Source: Dictyostelium discoideum (lineage: Eukaryota). From it: a stretch of DNA of 64,000 nt. Position 1 is the stretch's first letter; every line of letters starts with the position of its first letter. Of the stretch, positions 1-15,108 are shown piece after piece. The notes under the pieces are model-generated. The model made no database searches. It was given only the letters and a program-made list of their open reading frames with translations, and was not told the origin of the DNA. Position numbers and translations under genes: made by a program. Location: assembly GCA_000004695.1 (NCBI GenBank), contig CM000154.2, positions 3,072,001 through 3,136,000 on the forward strand. Direction: 5' to 3'.

Positions 1-210
1 ATATCAGATATTATTTGATTGGTTTTTGAGTTGATATTTTCCCATTGACCAGTGTTGTTCTTTTAATAGCCTTTACAAAAAAAAAAAAAACTTTAGATAT
101 TTTGGGAAAAGAAAAAAAAAATATTTAAAAAAAAATTGAAAAAAAAAAACAAGCTTATTTCGAGCTTTAATTCGGTATTGAATTATTTCGGGATTATGAT
201 TAAGATTTTT

Positions 211-241
<31 letters not shown>

Positions 242-696
242 CTTTTTTTTTTTTCCAACTTGAATTACACTTTTTCAAAAGCCACAAATTAATTTTTTTT
301 TTTTATTTTTTTATTTTTTTTTTTTTGTGCAATTTTTGTTTTGTAATTTTTTTTTTTAGAGTGACTGATCATTTTGTTTGTTGGTAAATTATTCAGTCAA
401 AAAAGGTAATTGAAATAAAATTATTTGAATTCGATTTTCCAAAAAAAAAAAAAAAAAAAAAAAATGAAAAAAAAAAAAAAAAATAAAATTAAAAAACAAT
501 ATTGTGTGAAATCATAAAAATTCATTTTAATTAAAAAAAAAAAAAAAAAAAACTAATTAAATTTTTTTTTTATTATTATTATAAAAAAAAAAAAATAAAA
601 AAAAAAATATTAGAATTATTCAAATTGTGGAATAAAAAAAAAAAACAAAAAACAACAACAATAAACACATATAATATAAATATATATATATTTAAT

Positions 697-1317
697 ATGT
701 ATAGTACATTAATATCAACAGCATACTGGGGTAGTATTATTGCAGCGACAGGATTAATATGTATTGCTTCAATAATATATGCATCACAAGAAAAGTTATT
801 ATATATTCCAGATAGAAATATTGTACTTCATCCATCACAATTTGGATTAGAGGATAACTTTGAAGAGATATTCTTAACAACATCTGATGGTATTAAAATT
901 CAAACATGGTTTTTTAGACAAGAAAATTCTAAATCTGTACCAACATTATTATTTTGTCATTCAAATGCTGGAAGTAAGTAAATTTATAAAATATATATTT
1001 TTTTTTTTTTTTAAAAAAGTATACGCATATTCATATTTATTAACAATAATTTTATATAGATCTTTCACATAGATTAGATAATATTAGACACTTATTTGAA
1101 AATGTACGTTGTAATGTATTGATTTTATCATATAGAGGTTATGGTAAGAGTCAAGGTTCACCAACAGAGATCGGTTTAAAAAAAGATATTGATGCATGTA
1201 TGGAATATTTATTAAATGACCCAACCATTGATCCTAATACAATCATGTGTTTTGGTAGATCTTTAGGTGGTGCCGTTGCAATCGATACTGCATATAGATA
1301 TCCAAATAATGTATGTA

Positions 1318-1365
<48 letters not shown>

Positions 1366-1753
1366 TACATATTTATTAATTTTTATTTTTATTATTTATT
1401 TATTTTATAAAATTTAGATTAAAGCATTAATTTTAGAGAATACATTTGCATCAGTACCAGATATGGTTGATGCAGTTTTACCAATGTTAAAATTATTTAA
1501 ACCATTTTGTAGAAGCAGATGGGATAGTAAAGAGACTATCAAACATATCACTTGTGATATATTGTTTTTATCAGCCAAAAATGATGAATTAGTACCAGCT
1601 TCTCATATGAAACTTTTAGAGAAACATGCTCATCAATGCAAAAAGAAAACTATTGTTTTTGAAAATGGTAGACATATGGATTTAATGTTTCAACATAATT
1701 ATTATAAATATATTAAAGAATTTATGTTAGAAAAATTTGGTGACTATATCTAA
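697..1753 (+). CDS. alpha/beta-hydrolase, BEM46/ABHD13-like; exons 697..973, 1060..1310, 1418..1753 (288 codons)
   Basis: Three ORF segments (625..981, 1119..1379, 1463..1753) join in frame through GTAAGT (974) ...TATAG (1059) and GTATGT (1311) ...TTTAG (1417). The spliced protein reads ...LLFCHSNAGN-LSHRLDNIRHLFENVRCNVLILSYRGYGKSQG...GRSLGGAVAIDTAYRYPNNV-IKALILENTFASVPDM... This matches BEM46 signatures (HGNAGNIGHRL, SYRGYG(K/L)S, GxSxG serine hydrolase motif GRSLGG). The exon 2 ORF begins with TTG in the track and is really an internal exon. Confidence 0.8.
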
Positions 1754-2335
1754 AAACAATGATATAGTCAAAAAAAAAAATAAAAAAAAACAAAAATAAT
1801 AATAATATAGAAAAATAATAATAATAATAATAATAATATAGAAAAAAAAAATAATATAGAAAAAAAAAAGTAAATAAAATAAAAAATATAAAAATGTATT
1901 ATTTATATGTACAAATTCAATAATATAAATTGTATAATTGGTAGTTCATATAATTTAAATAAAAATATCTTTACCAAAAGATGAGGGTTTTTTTTTTTTT
2001 TTTTTTTTTTTTTTCTCTTAAAATAAATAAATAAATAAATAATAAAATAAATAAATAATTATAAATTCAAATATGAAAATAAATAAATAGTAAATAATTT
2101 AAAATATTTTTATATTTTTAGATATAACGATTGTCATATGAAAAATTAATTTCGCGCCTTAATTTTTTTTTTTTAAAATGTTTTTAATTTTTTTTTTTTT
2201 TTTTTTCAATTTTTACAATTTATTCACAGTATCGCAATTAGTTGTTATATATATTTAAAAAAATTATTTGTTTCTTTTTTTTTTTTTTTTATTATAGAAT
2301 ACACAAATATACAAATAATAATATTAATAATATTA

Positions 2336-2530
2336 ATAATACTCATAAGAATTAGTAAACAAAACCAAACCAAACCAAACAAAACAAAACAAAACAAAAC
2401 AAAACAAAACAAAACACATATATACCAATAATAAAAATAATAATAATAACTCATAAGAATTAGTAAACAAACAAAACGGAATAAACAAAACAAAACAAAA
2501 CAAAACAAAATAAAATAAAATAAAATATAA
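2336..2530. repeat. Two copies of a 30-bp motif (AATAA(T)ACTCATAAGAATTAGTAAACAAA) each followed by (CAAAA)n/(CAAAC)n pentamer microsatellite
   Basis: 2334..2365 and 2445..2472 are near-identical. Downstream runs caaaccaaaccaaaccaaacaaaacaaaac... (2366..2412) and caaaacaaaacaaaacaaaacaaaataaaataaaat (2479..2530). Lies immediately 5' of the ATG at 2556. Confidence 0.8.
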
Positions 2531-2555
2531 ATAAAAAAAATATAAATAAAAGATA

Positions 2556-5608
<3,053 letters not shown>

Positions 5609-5726
5609 ATTATTAAAAAAAAAAAAAAAAAAATTAACAAATAAAAAAATAAACTAACAAAAAAATTAAATAAAATTTATTTTAATAATTTTAAAACCAC
5701 CACCCCAAAAATGACAACATAATATT

Positions 5727-7189
5727 TTAATTTGAAATTTCTTTTGCTAAACCTTCGATGATTGATTTATATTCAATTTTTTCATAATTACATTCTGGTA
5801 CACCATTGAAACCATAGAGAGCACCCCACCAACAACAACCAATAGCACCAGTTGAATCATTATCACCACCATGAAGAACTGATCTTTTAATCATTTCTTC
5901 CCAATTATCAGCAGAACCTAATAAGGCATCATATGCTATAATACATGAATCATGACCTGATGAACCACCCCAACCACTAAATGAAATTGAATGATAGAAA
6001 TTCTCTCTAACTTTATAATCTGAATAATCTTTTGGGAAAACTGGATAATCGATACCCTTATCATTGGCTGCTTTTAATTCGTCTGGATTCGATGGAATTT
6101 GTCTTAATTTTAAATAAGATTTCCAAGAGTTCCAAAAATAATTCCAACCTTTTTCATAATTTTCAATGTTACGATTTGAACTATTTGAAGTTTTCTCTAA
6201 ATATTCTCTAGCTTTTGGCATTACCTCTGTCATTAATTTCAAAGGCCAGGTTTTTGGTGGAATTGATCTGATTGCATATGAGGCAAATAATGCTGATACT
6301 AATGCACCTAGAAAGCCAACTGGGTTATTATGTGTGATTCTACCACTTTCAATTGATAATTCAATTAATGTATCCAATTGTTCATCAGACCAATATTTAA
6401 ATCCAATACACATAGATCTCATTGATCCACCACAACCACCTGCTCTATCAGAGAAATCAATCTCATTCCATTGATAAACTTTGGATCTCATTCCAGTTTG
6501 TGTCATCAGTGATACTGAATTAATTGTTTGAATTCCTGGTGCTCTTCCTGCCATATCTTCCATTGAATGAATATATGCTTTTGCTAATTCTTTACATATT
6601 GATTCATTATCTGTATTGGTTGGTCTTGTTATTGCAATTGCTGTTGCAATATGCATAACTATTTTTTTTTTTTTTTTTTTTTTTTAATTAATTTTAACAA
6701 TTTTTAAAATAATATTTATTTATTTAAATTACATACTTGTATCATCTGATAATCTCCAATCTTTCTTATTTATTCTTTAATTTTTTTTCAAAAAAAAAAA
6801 AAAAATTATTATTATTATTCAAATAAAAATAAGAAATAAAATAAAATTAAAAAAAAAAAAAAGTACCTACTTTAGATTTTTATAACCACCAAGATATTCA
6901 TAGTGTTCATATATTCTTGATGGAGACTTTTCAAACTCCCAAATACCATTTTTATATCCACACTTTAAAAATAAAAAAAAATAAAAAAAAAATATTAGAA
7001 TTGATTATTTGTTTGAAAAATAAGAAAAATTGAAAAATTGAAAAATTGAAAAATTGAAAAATCAATACATACAGCATCACCAAATGCTGATAAAAGCATT
7101 GCTGGTTTAATGTTTTCTTTATTAATTGTGCCCATGATTGTTTGTGTAATCTTTTTATTTGTAAGTGTGCTAATAAATTTGTGAAACAT
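5727..7189 (-). CDS. ADP-ribosylarginine hydrolase (ADPRH/ARH1 family, ADP-ribosylglycohydrolase fold); exons (minus) 7189..7073, 6962..6871, 6774..6737, 6658..5727 (392 aa)
   Basis: Exon 1 MFHKF...MGTINKENIKPAMLLSAFGDA aligns with [26 protein letters not shown]; exon 2 CGYKNGIWEFEKSPSRIYEHYEYLGGYKNLK; micro-exon 3 K-INKKDWRLSDDT aligns with RWRVSDDT; exon 4 IMHIATAIAI...GGCGGSMRSMCIGFKYW...SGWGGSSGHDSCIIAYDAL...HGGDNDSTGAIGCCWWGALYGFNGV. Catalytic motifs of ARH1 (GGDSDSTAAIAGCWWG, SGWGGSSGHD) are conserved. Introns: GTATGT..AAAG (7072..6963), GTAGGT..AAAG (6870..6775), GTATGT..ATAG (6736..6659). Phases are consistent: 117 + 92 + 38 + 932 = 1179 nt. Confidence 0.8.
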
Positions 7190-7391
7190 TGTTTTTTTTT
7201 TTTTTTTTTTTCAGAAAAAAAATCAAAAAAAAAAAAAAAAAAAAATTTCAAGCTTAATTTGAAATTTTGTGATATTTTGAGAAGTATCTATTTTAAGAAA
7301 TTCGTAATCAATTAGTCACAGTAATGACTCATTAATAATTTTTTTATTTTAATATTTTAACATTTTTTTAAAATAAAGCATAAAATTAATT

Positions 7392-7490
7392 AAAATTAAA
7401 AAAAATAAGAAATTAATTAAAATTAAAAAAATAAGAAATTAATAAAAATTAAAAAAATAAGAAATTAATTAAAATTAAAATAATAAAAAA
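7392..7490. repeat. About 27-bp tandem repeat x4 (TTAATTAAAATTAAAAAAATAAGAAA)
   Basis: Four head-to-tail copies with 1-3 substitutions each, 200-300 bp upstream of the minus-strand ADPRH start (7189). Confidence 0.75.
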
Positions 7491-7982
7491 TGAATCAATC
7501 AAATCAATATATTTGGTTTTTTATTTTATAAAATTTATTATTCCCTACTCATTATTGTTCAAAATAAAGAAACAATTACAAAAAATGAATAATAAACGAA
7601 TAATAAAATTTTAAAAATATTTGATTAATTGAAAAAAAAAAAAAAAGAACTGAATGACTACATTCATTTTTTTCTCTTTTATTTGCAAATGATGGATAGT
7701 TTCTTTTATTATTTGACTAATAAAAAATATTATTCAAAATTATGTGGTAATAAAAAATATTATTCACATTTACTAATTAAAAACTTTATTTTCAATTATA
7801 ATTTTAAGAAAATAAAATGACAAAGATTTATTTTATAACCTTTTTTTGCATCTAAAAAAGAAATTTTCCAAAGTTTGGACAAGAGATATTATAAAAATTT
7901 ATTTATCATTGTTTAATTACAACAATATTTTTTACCAACTACAATTTTACCGTAATTGCAATCCTTTTTATAATCTAAATTA

Positions 7983-8247
7983 TTAATTTCCAAAAAAAGT
8001 TCTATATGGAATTAGACATCCAGAAGACATACCCATGCATGTATAATCTTTACTTCCTATGATGAATTGAGTGCAACCATTTTCTTCAGCATTTGAACCT
8101 ACAGAGAAAAGAAATAAAGCAAATAAAATAGCAAATCCTATTAAACTTAATAACTTTAAATTTGGAATTAGTAAAAAAAAAAAAATCCAAAATTATTTAT
8201 TTAAACATATTACATGTTTAAATTCCAAAGGTTTTTACTAAATTCAT
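7983..8247 (-). CDS. Candidate small secreted cysteine-containing peptide (59 aa); exons (minus) 8247..8239 (MNL), 8153..7983
   Basis: Not in the ORF track (<60 aa, split). Minus strand: AAAATG AAT TTA then GTAAAA donor; 85-nt AT-rich intron ending TTTAAAG (8154..8238). Exon 2 reads LLSLIGFAILFALFLFSVGSNA-EENGCTQFIIGSKDYTCMGMSSGCLIPYRTFFGN*. It has a hydrophobic signal peptide with an AxA-like cleavage context and 4 Cys in the mature part. The ATG has an A-rich context. Confidence 0.35.
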
Positions 8248-8751
8248 TTTTTTTGAAACTTGTGTTTCTTTTTATTTGAATTTAGAATATAGAATTTCAA
8301 TTTTTATTTCTAAAATCTTTTTTTTAAACCACTTAAATATAAAAAAAATTGTATTTATTTAATTATTTAATTACAATTACAATTATAAGTAATATACAAA
8401 TATTAAAATTAATATGAGATTAAAAAATTTTTGTTGGTCATGTCCTATTTTTATTGGCTCAAGATATTGTTTTAACAGAACAATATTGCAGTTAAAAAAT
8501 TATTAATATTTCTAATAGTACTAAATAATAATTAATATTTTTAATTGTATTAAAAAATTATTAATATTTTTTAAAATAATTTACTTTTATTTGTCCAAAA
8601 ATCAAATGAAATTTCAAAATAAAAAATAAAAAAAAATATATATATATTTTAATTTGTTTATTTTATTTAAATTTAACAAAAAATTTTATTACTATTATTA
8701 TTATTATTATTATTATTATTCTTATTATTATAATTATTATTATTATTATTA

Positions 8752-8790
<39 letters not shown>

Positions 8791-9561
8791 TCACATGATT
8801 TTATTTTATTGATTTTTTTTACAAGATTGTTAATGTAATTAAAGATATAAAAAAAAAAAAACACCACCAACAGGAAAATTGTATATTTTTTTAATTATAG
8901 AAAACAAAAACTTTAAAAAAAAAAATTTTTTTACACGGGAAAAAAAAAAACCTTTTATTTACCCTAATAATTCCTATTGGATACAATTTTTTAGCCAAAT
9001 AGTTCCTATTGTATGTTTTTTTTTAAGTTATATTAAGTGTTGTAGGGAAATTTTTTAAAATTTCGCTGCCTTAACAGTAGTGAGTTTTCATACTAAATTT
9101 TTTTTTTTTTTTTTTTTCAATATTAAAAACAATTATTTTAGCCAAAACAATAAAAAAACTAATTTTAAACAGTTATTTGTAAGTTGTTATTTCTTTTAAA
9201 AATAAATAACAACTTACTTTCGAGTTTGTGACAATTTTTATTTTTTTTTTTATTTTTTTTTATTTAACCATAAACATAAAAAAAATGAAAAAGAGTTGTG
9301 TAACAATAAATATAAACTAATAATTTCATCTTCGTCTTCAAATAATAATAATAAATAATAATAATAATAATAATAAAAATAATAATATTAATAATAATAA
9401 TAATAATAATAATAACAATAGAGAAAAATTATCAACCATTTTCATCTTATAATAATAATAATAATAATTATAAAAATAATACAGGTGGTGCTGTTAGTAC
9501 TAACATTGTAAATAATATGGGTAAATGTGTTATTACTGGCCATCACTTTAGTGTATAAAAT

Positions 9562-10374
9562 ATGAATCATAATAATAATAACTATGATTTTGATAATAAA
9601 AATAATAGTATTGGTGGTGGTGGTGGTAGTAGTAGTAGAAGTAGTAGTAGTAGAAGTAGTAATAGAAGTAGTAGTGGAAGTAGTGGTGGCAGTGGTAGTA
9701 ACAGTAGCAGTAGTATAAATAATATTATTAATAGTGATAAAGACTTTATAACAGAAAGAAAACAAACAAAATCTCCACCTTTAACTCTTCCAAATATTAA
9801 AACCACCACCACAACAACTACCACAACAACAACTACCACAACCACAACAACAAAAAATGAAAATATAAGTTCATCTGAATCTGAAAACTCCTCTAGCAGA
9901 GTTGAATCCCCAAATTGTAATAAAAAGGTTAAGAAAACCAAAACCATTACTATCAGTCCAACTGGTTATAATATCAATAGTAAAGATGACATTAATAAAT
10001 TTACTACCTATGGCTACACTAACGAAAAGAGCAATGCCAGAAGAGACCCAAAATGGATAACTGATATTATTGAAAGATATAATCGTTTAAAATCTGAAAG
10101 CCCTAATAATAATTATAATGGCAGTAGTAATAATAATAATAATATTAATAATATTAATAACAATAGTAATAATACTACGTCACCTTGTCAATCACCATCA
10201 TCAAATACAGCAACTATAACATCAATATCATCACCTACTTCATCATCCTCATCTTTATCATCCCCATCCCCATCATTTAGTATAAATAACATTGTTAATC
10301 AAGATGTTGATGGTTGTGATAGAATGAATTATACTTTACTTTCGCAAAATAATAATAATAATAATAATAATAAT

Positions 10375-10427
<53 letters not shown>

Positions 10428-10929
10428 GAATACAAATAATAATGGTGATGAATGTATTGTTAAACCAATTTCATTAATTCAAAATAAAAAAAGCGGTCAA
10501 AGAAGTCTTAAAACCAAAGAACATAAAGAGATACTTGAAGCATTATATAGAGTAACCTTGTATCCAACATCAGAGGAAACTAAAATCATTAGCCAAATTT
10601 TGGGTATGACATTTGGTCAAGTTAAAAGCTCCTTCCGTCATCGTAGAGAGAAATTATCAAAGTCTGGTTTGTTCTCTTACGCAAAAAATCTTAAAAATTG
10701 TGGAAAATGCACAGTACCTTTGGATAATTTCTTTGAAAATTGTAAATACTTAACTACTAAAGAAACTGAAGAGTTTGCTGCTGCATATGATGTATCTTTT
10801 GAACAAATCAAAAATTATTTTAAAGGAAAAAGAGCAATATTAAATAAGTTATCTTCAAAGGCGAATCAAGATAATGATAATAATAATAATAATGAAAATA
10901 ATGATGATAGCTATAGTGATGAAGGGTGA
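9562..10929 (+). CDS. Homeobox-containing protein (atypical homeodomain, possibly two HD-like segments), Ser/Thr/Asn-rich
   Basis: Single ORF of 455 aa. Segment KKSGQRSLKTKEHKEILEALYRVTLYPTSEETKIISQILGMTFGQVKSSFRHRREKL has homeodomain spacing: basic N-arm, helix1 EILEALY, Y-P, helix3 ...Q(V/I)K..F.(N/H)RR.K, with W replaced by S and N by H. A second HD-like stretch is YAKNLKNCGK...TKETEEFAAAYDVSFEQIKNYFKGKRAILNK. Poly-Thr (ACC/ACA)n and poly-Asn tracts are in frame. Confidence 0.65.
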
Positions 10930-11157
10930 TAAATTTGAATAATGAAAGAAGTAGTGTTCTTTTTTTATTATTAGATTTTATAAGAGACTTAAAATTTTTT
11001 ATCACCCCTCTCCTCCTCCTTCCTCCCCTATGAATTTATGATTATCACTACAAATCTAAATCCATATCCAATTAAAAAATTTTTGATTAAAAATATATAT
11101 GTATGTAGAGTAATTAATTATTTGTCCTATTTGTTATCTGTTTTTCAAATTTTTTGG

Positions 11158-11231
<74 letters not shown>

Positions 11232-11810
11232 AAGTTTATATTAATTAAGAATTTAATTAAATTATTTTATAAAACAAAGCCACAAGCGGTAATTTATAAA
11301 ATTAATTTTGGTTTAATCATAATTCAATTATGTTTTTTATTATTAAATTTTTTATCCACACACATTTTTTTTTTTTTTAAAATTTCCCAAATAACAAGGC
11401 TTTATCGTCATACAAAAAATAAAAAAATGAAAAAAAAGGTATGTATTTATTTTTCAAGGCTTGGAATGAAAATATCTTGAGCTTTACATAGAAATTTTTA
11501 ATGTATTTGTGATAAACGAAAATTTATTATAGGCGAAATTCAAAAAAAAAAATAAAAAAAAAACTAAAAACTTCAACTTTCTTAATTTCTAAGAAATATT
11601 TTTTTTTTTAAGAATATCAATATATTTTTCATTGGCGCCAAAATAACCCTTTTTTCTTTTTTTTTTGATTTTTAAAATTTTGTTATTTTTTTTTTTTTTA
11701 TTTTTTTATTAAAAAGGTTTGGGTGGAATACAAATAAAAAAAAAAAAAAAAAAATCATTTCAATAAATTTTCAATCAAATAATAAGTTTTTGAAACAAAT
11801 AAATATAATA

Positions 11811-11961
<151 letters not shown>

Positions 11962-12737
11962 GTAATAATAATAATACTAATAATGGTAATGATGAAATTA
12001 AAAATAAATTAAATCAAAAGAGTAGAATGATTGAAGATTTGGAATTTTTATTAGATATTGGATTAATTAGTTTCAAAAAAATTTCCTACAACATATCATT
12101 TGGTGAATTTTTGATTGTTCTATTTATTATTAAACCATTTTTACAATTAAAAAAAAAAAAAAAAAACTAAAAAAATGAAAAATAAAAAAAAAAAATAAAA
12201 AAAAAAATGAAATATTTTTTTTTTTTTTTTTATTTTTTTTATTTTTTTAATCAAAAATATCCAACCCGAATACTTATTTAATCAAAAAAAATAAAATAAA
12301 ATAAAATAAAATATAATAATCAAATAAAAGATAAAAACCAAAAAAATTAATCAAAATTATTTTAAGAAGAGTTTTTATTTTATTTTAAAAAAAAAAAAAA
12401 AAAAAAAATCTTTTTTTTTTATTTTAAAAAACCTTTAATTTAATTTTTATTTTAATTTAATTTTAAAAAATATCTTCAAAGAATGAACCTAAAGTATTAT
12501 AATATTTGGTTCTATTATAATCTATCTGGGTTTTTTTTTTTTTTGGATTAAGGAAAAAAAAAAAAAAAAAAAAAATTTTTTTTTTTTCGCCGTTAAAGAT
12601 TTACATAAATTTTAAATTATTATTATTAATAAACAATCTCTCATCTGCATTAAAATCAGATTTGAAAAATAAAAAATAAAAAATTTAAAATTAATTTTTT
12701 TAAAAAAAAAAAAAAAAAAAAAGATATTTTTTTCTTT

Positions 12738-12779
<42 letters not shown>

Positions 12780-13102
12780 CTTTTTCGTAAATATACCCTT
12801 TGAATTTGTATTACTATTGTACATTAATTCTACCAACCCTTTTTGTATTTATATTTCTTTTTAAAAATTTCATTATTTTAAATAATAATAATAAAATCAA
12901 TCAAAAGATTAATCTATACATCAAATTCATTCACAACAATAACCTCCAAAAACTAAAAAAAAAAAAAAATAAAAAAAAAAAAAAAAAAACTAAAAATAAT
13001 TTATTTAATTTTTTTATTTTTAATTATTTTTTTATTTATTTAAACATATATATATATATATATATATAATATATAATAAATTTATATAACATATATATAA
13101 AA

Positions 13103-13142
<40 letters not shown>

Positions 13143-13544
13143 TTTTTTTTTTTTTTTTTTTTTCCTCAATCACAACAATACCATAACCACACCCAACTTT
13201 CAATCCCCCCCCACTTACCACAAAAAATACCTACTAGTAATATATTTTTAAATCTCAAAAGACATAAAACCACATCAGGGTGTGATTAATCACTTGAAAA
13301 TAATTTTATAATAATAATTTAAAAAAAAAAAAAAAAAAAAAAAGGTTTGTTTGTGTTTTTTTTTATATATTATTATTATTATTTTTTTATTTTTATTTTT
13401 AGTAGTGACAAGTATAAAAAATACAACATTATTTTGAGTGTTTATTTCGAGATGTGTTGTTTGTTGTTTTTTTTTTCATTTTAATTTAAATTTAAATTAT
13501 TAATAATATTAATATTATTATTTTTTTTTTTTTTTTTTTTTTTA

Positions 13545-13590
13545 CTTCCACACACAGATTTCCACACACCCCACCACCACACATTCAAAC
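13545..13590 (+). promoter_or_regulatory. C/A-rich element (CAE / G-box on the opposite strand) 30-70 bp upstream of the RasGEF ATG
   Basis: ttccacacacagatttccacacaccccaccaccacacattcaaacggacac: CACACACCCCACCACCACACA in otherwise >85% AT flank. Its reverse complement TGTGTGGTGGTGGGGTGTGTGG resembles the G/T-rich G-box bound by GBF in post-aggregative Dictyostelium promoters. Confidence 0.35.
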
Positions 13591-13618
13591 GGACACATTA
13601 TAATATTATTATTTAAAA

Positions 13619-13820
13619 ATGGACATAAATAATAATATTGACAATATTACAAATAGTAATAATAATATTGAAAAAAATAATAATATTAATAATTTTGATA
13701 ATAATAATAATAATAATAATATTTTATATATTAGTAGTAGTGAGAGCAATAATAATAATAATATTAATAGTAGTAATAGTAGTAGTAATAATACTAACAA
13801 TAGTAATAATAGTAGTATTA

Positions 13821-13868
<48 letters not shown>

Positions 13869-14718
13869 TTTCCATAGAAGGTAATACAGCTAATAATAGT
13901 GATATAAAAGTTGGAACAAGTTTAACGAATTCAATTAAAAGCTTTAAGAAACTATTTAATAATCAAAAGAGTAATAATAATAACAATAATCTTCAAGTTA
14001 ATCATTTTCAACAATCACAATCATTACCACCATCATCAAATACTTCGCCTACATTTTCATCAACATCACCAATTATAATCGTATCGGATAATACAAATAT
14101 TGAATCTTTAGATTTAGAAATAAATAGTAATAATAGTGGTAGTATTGGTAGTAATAATAGTGGTGATAATAATAATATAAATATGAATTATAAATCAAAA
14201 TCCCTATCATTAAATTATTCAATTTTAAGACCTTTATGTGATACTGATAATATTAGTAATAACAATAATAATAATAATAATAATAGTAATAATAGTAATA
14301 ACAACAACAACATGTCATCCTCTGATAATAATAATAATAGTAATAGTAATAATACTACAAATGGTGGTCAACTAAAAAGAAATAATAGTAGTAATAATAA
14401 TAATAGATATAGTATTGGTGGGCCATTAAAAATGTCAAATTCATCAGATTTTAATGATTATTTATTAAATAATAATATTTTATATAATATTAATCAACCT
14501 AATCGTAAAACACCACCACCAAATTTAATGTCAGTTTTAAAGAATAGTTTCACACAATATACACCACCTTCAACAACACTCACATCACCAACAAGTACAC
14601 GTAATCCAAATAGATTATCAACAAATTTATCAAATGTAACAAATATATCCTCTTCAACATCATCATCTTCTTCATCTTTAAATGCTAATAATAATACTAA
14701 TAATAATAATCAACAATT

Positions 14719-14753
<35 letters not shown>

Positions 14754-15076
14754 TACAGCAACAACAACAATTAACAAAATCATACTCTGTTAGTAATTTA
14801 ATGAGATCACAATCATCATCATCATCTTCACAATCACCATTAATTCAACAAAGTGATCAAGTTACATTTGATTATGATTATATTTATAGAAGGTTCCTTA
14901 GAAGTAGAAGTGAATTGACATTACCATCATGGGACAATGCACAATATGAAGGTGATTTCGATACTGAAATCCAAGATACTCTAACTAGAGCTTTATCAAA
15001 TGGTAATTTACCAAGTGATAATAAAAGACAAAGTTTACATTTATCAACTGAATCAACTACAAGTAATAATAATAAC

Positions 15077-15108
<32 letters not shown>

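Noticed and set aside
136-387. ORF 136..387 (+) poly-F/K peptide and similar 60-100-aa ORFs in homopolymer DNA (887..1072, 2245..2566, 6952..7251, 7629..7820, 8673..8870, 11038..11223, 12612..13069, 17607..17934, 21286..21513, 21832..22032, 24831..25016, 38072..38396, 40442..40747, 42672..42884, 43677..43862, 47641..47823, 53580-region poly-F, 54714..54899, 63364..63546)
   Set aside because: They are composed almost entirely of F/K/I/L/N/Y from poly-T/poly-A/(AAT)n DNA. They have no complexity and no homology, and several overlap introns or UTRs of modelled genes.
9442-9947. ORFs 9442..9765(-) and 9582..9947(-) antisense to the homeobox gene 5' end
   Set aside because: Poly-T/poly-V/poly-L translations of the sense-strand (ACC/ACA)n and (AGT)n tracts.
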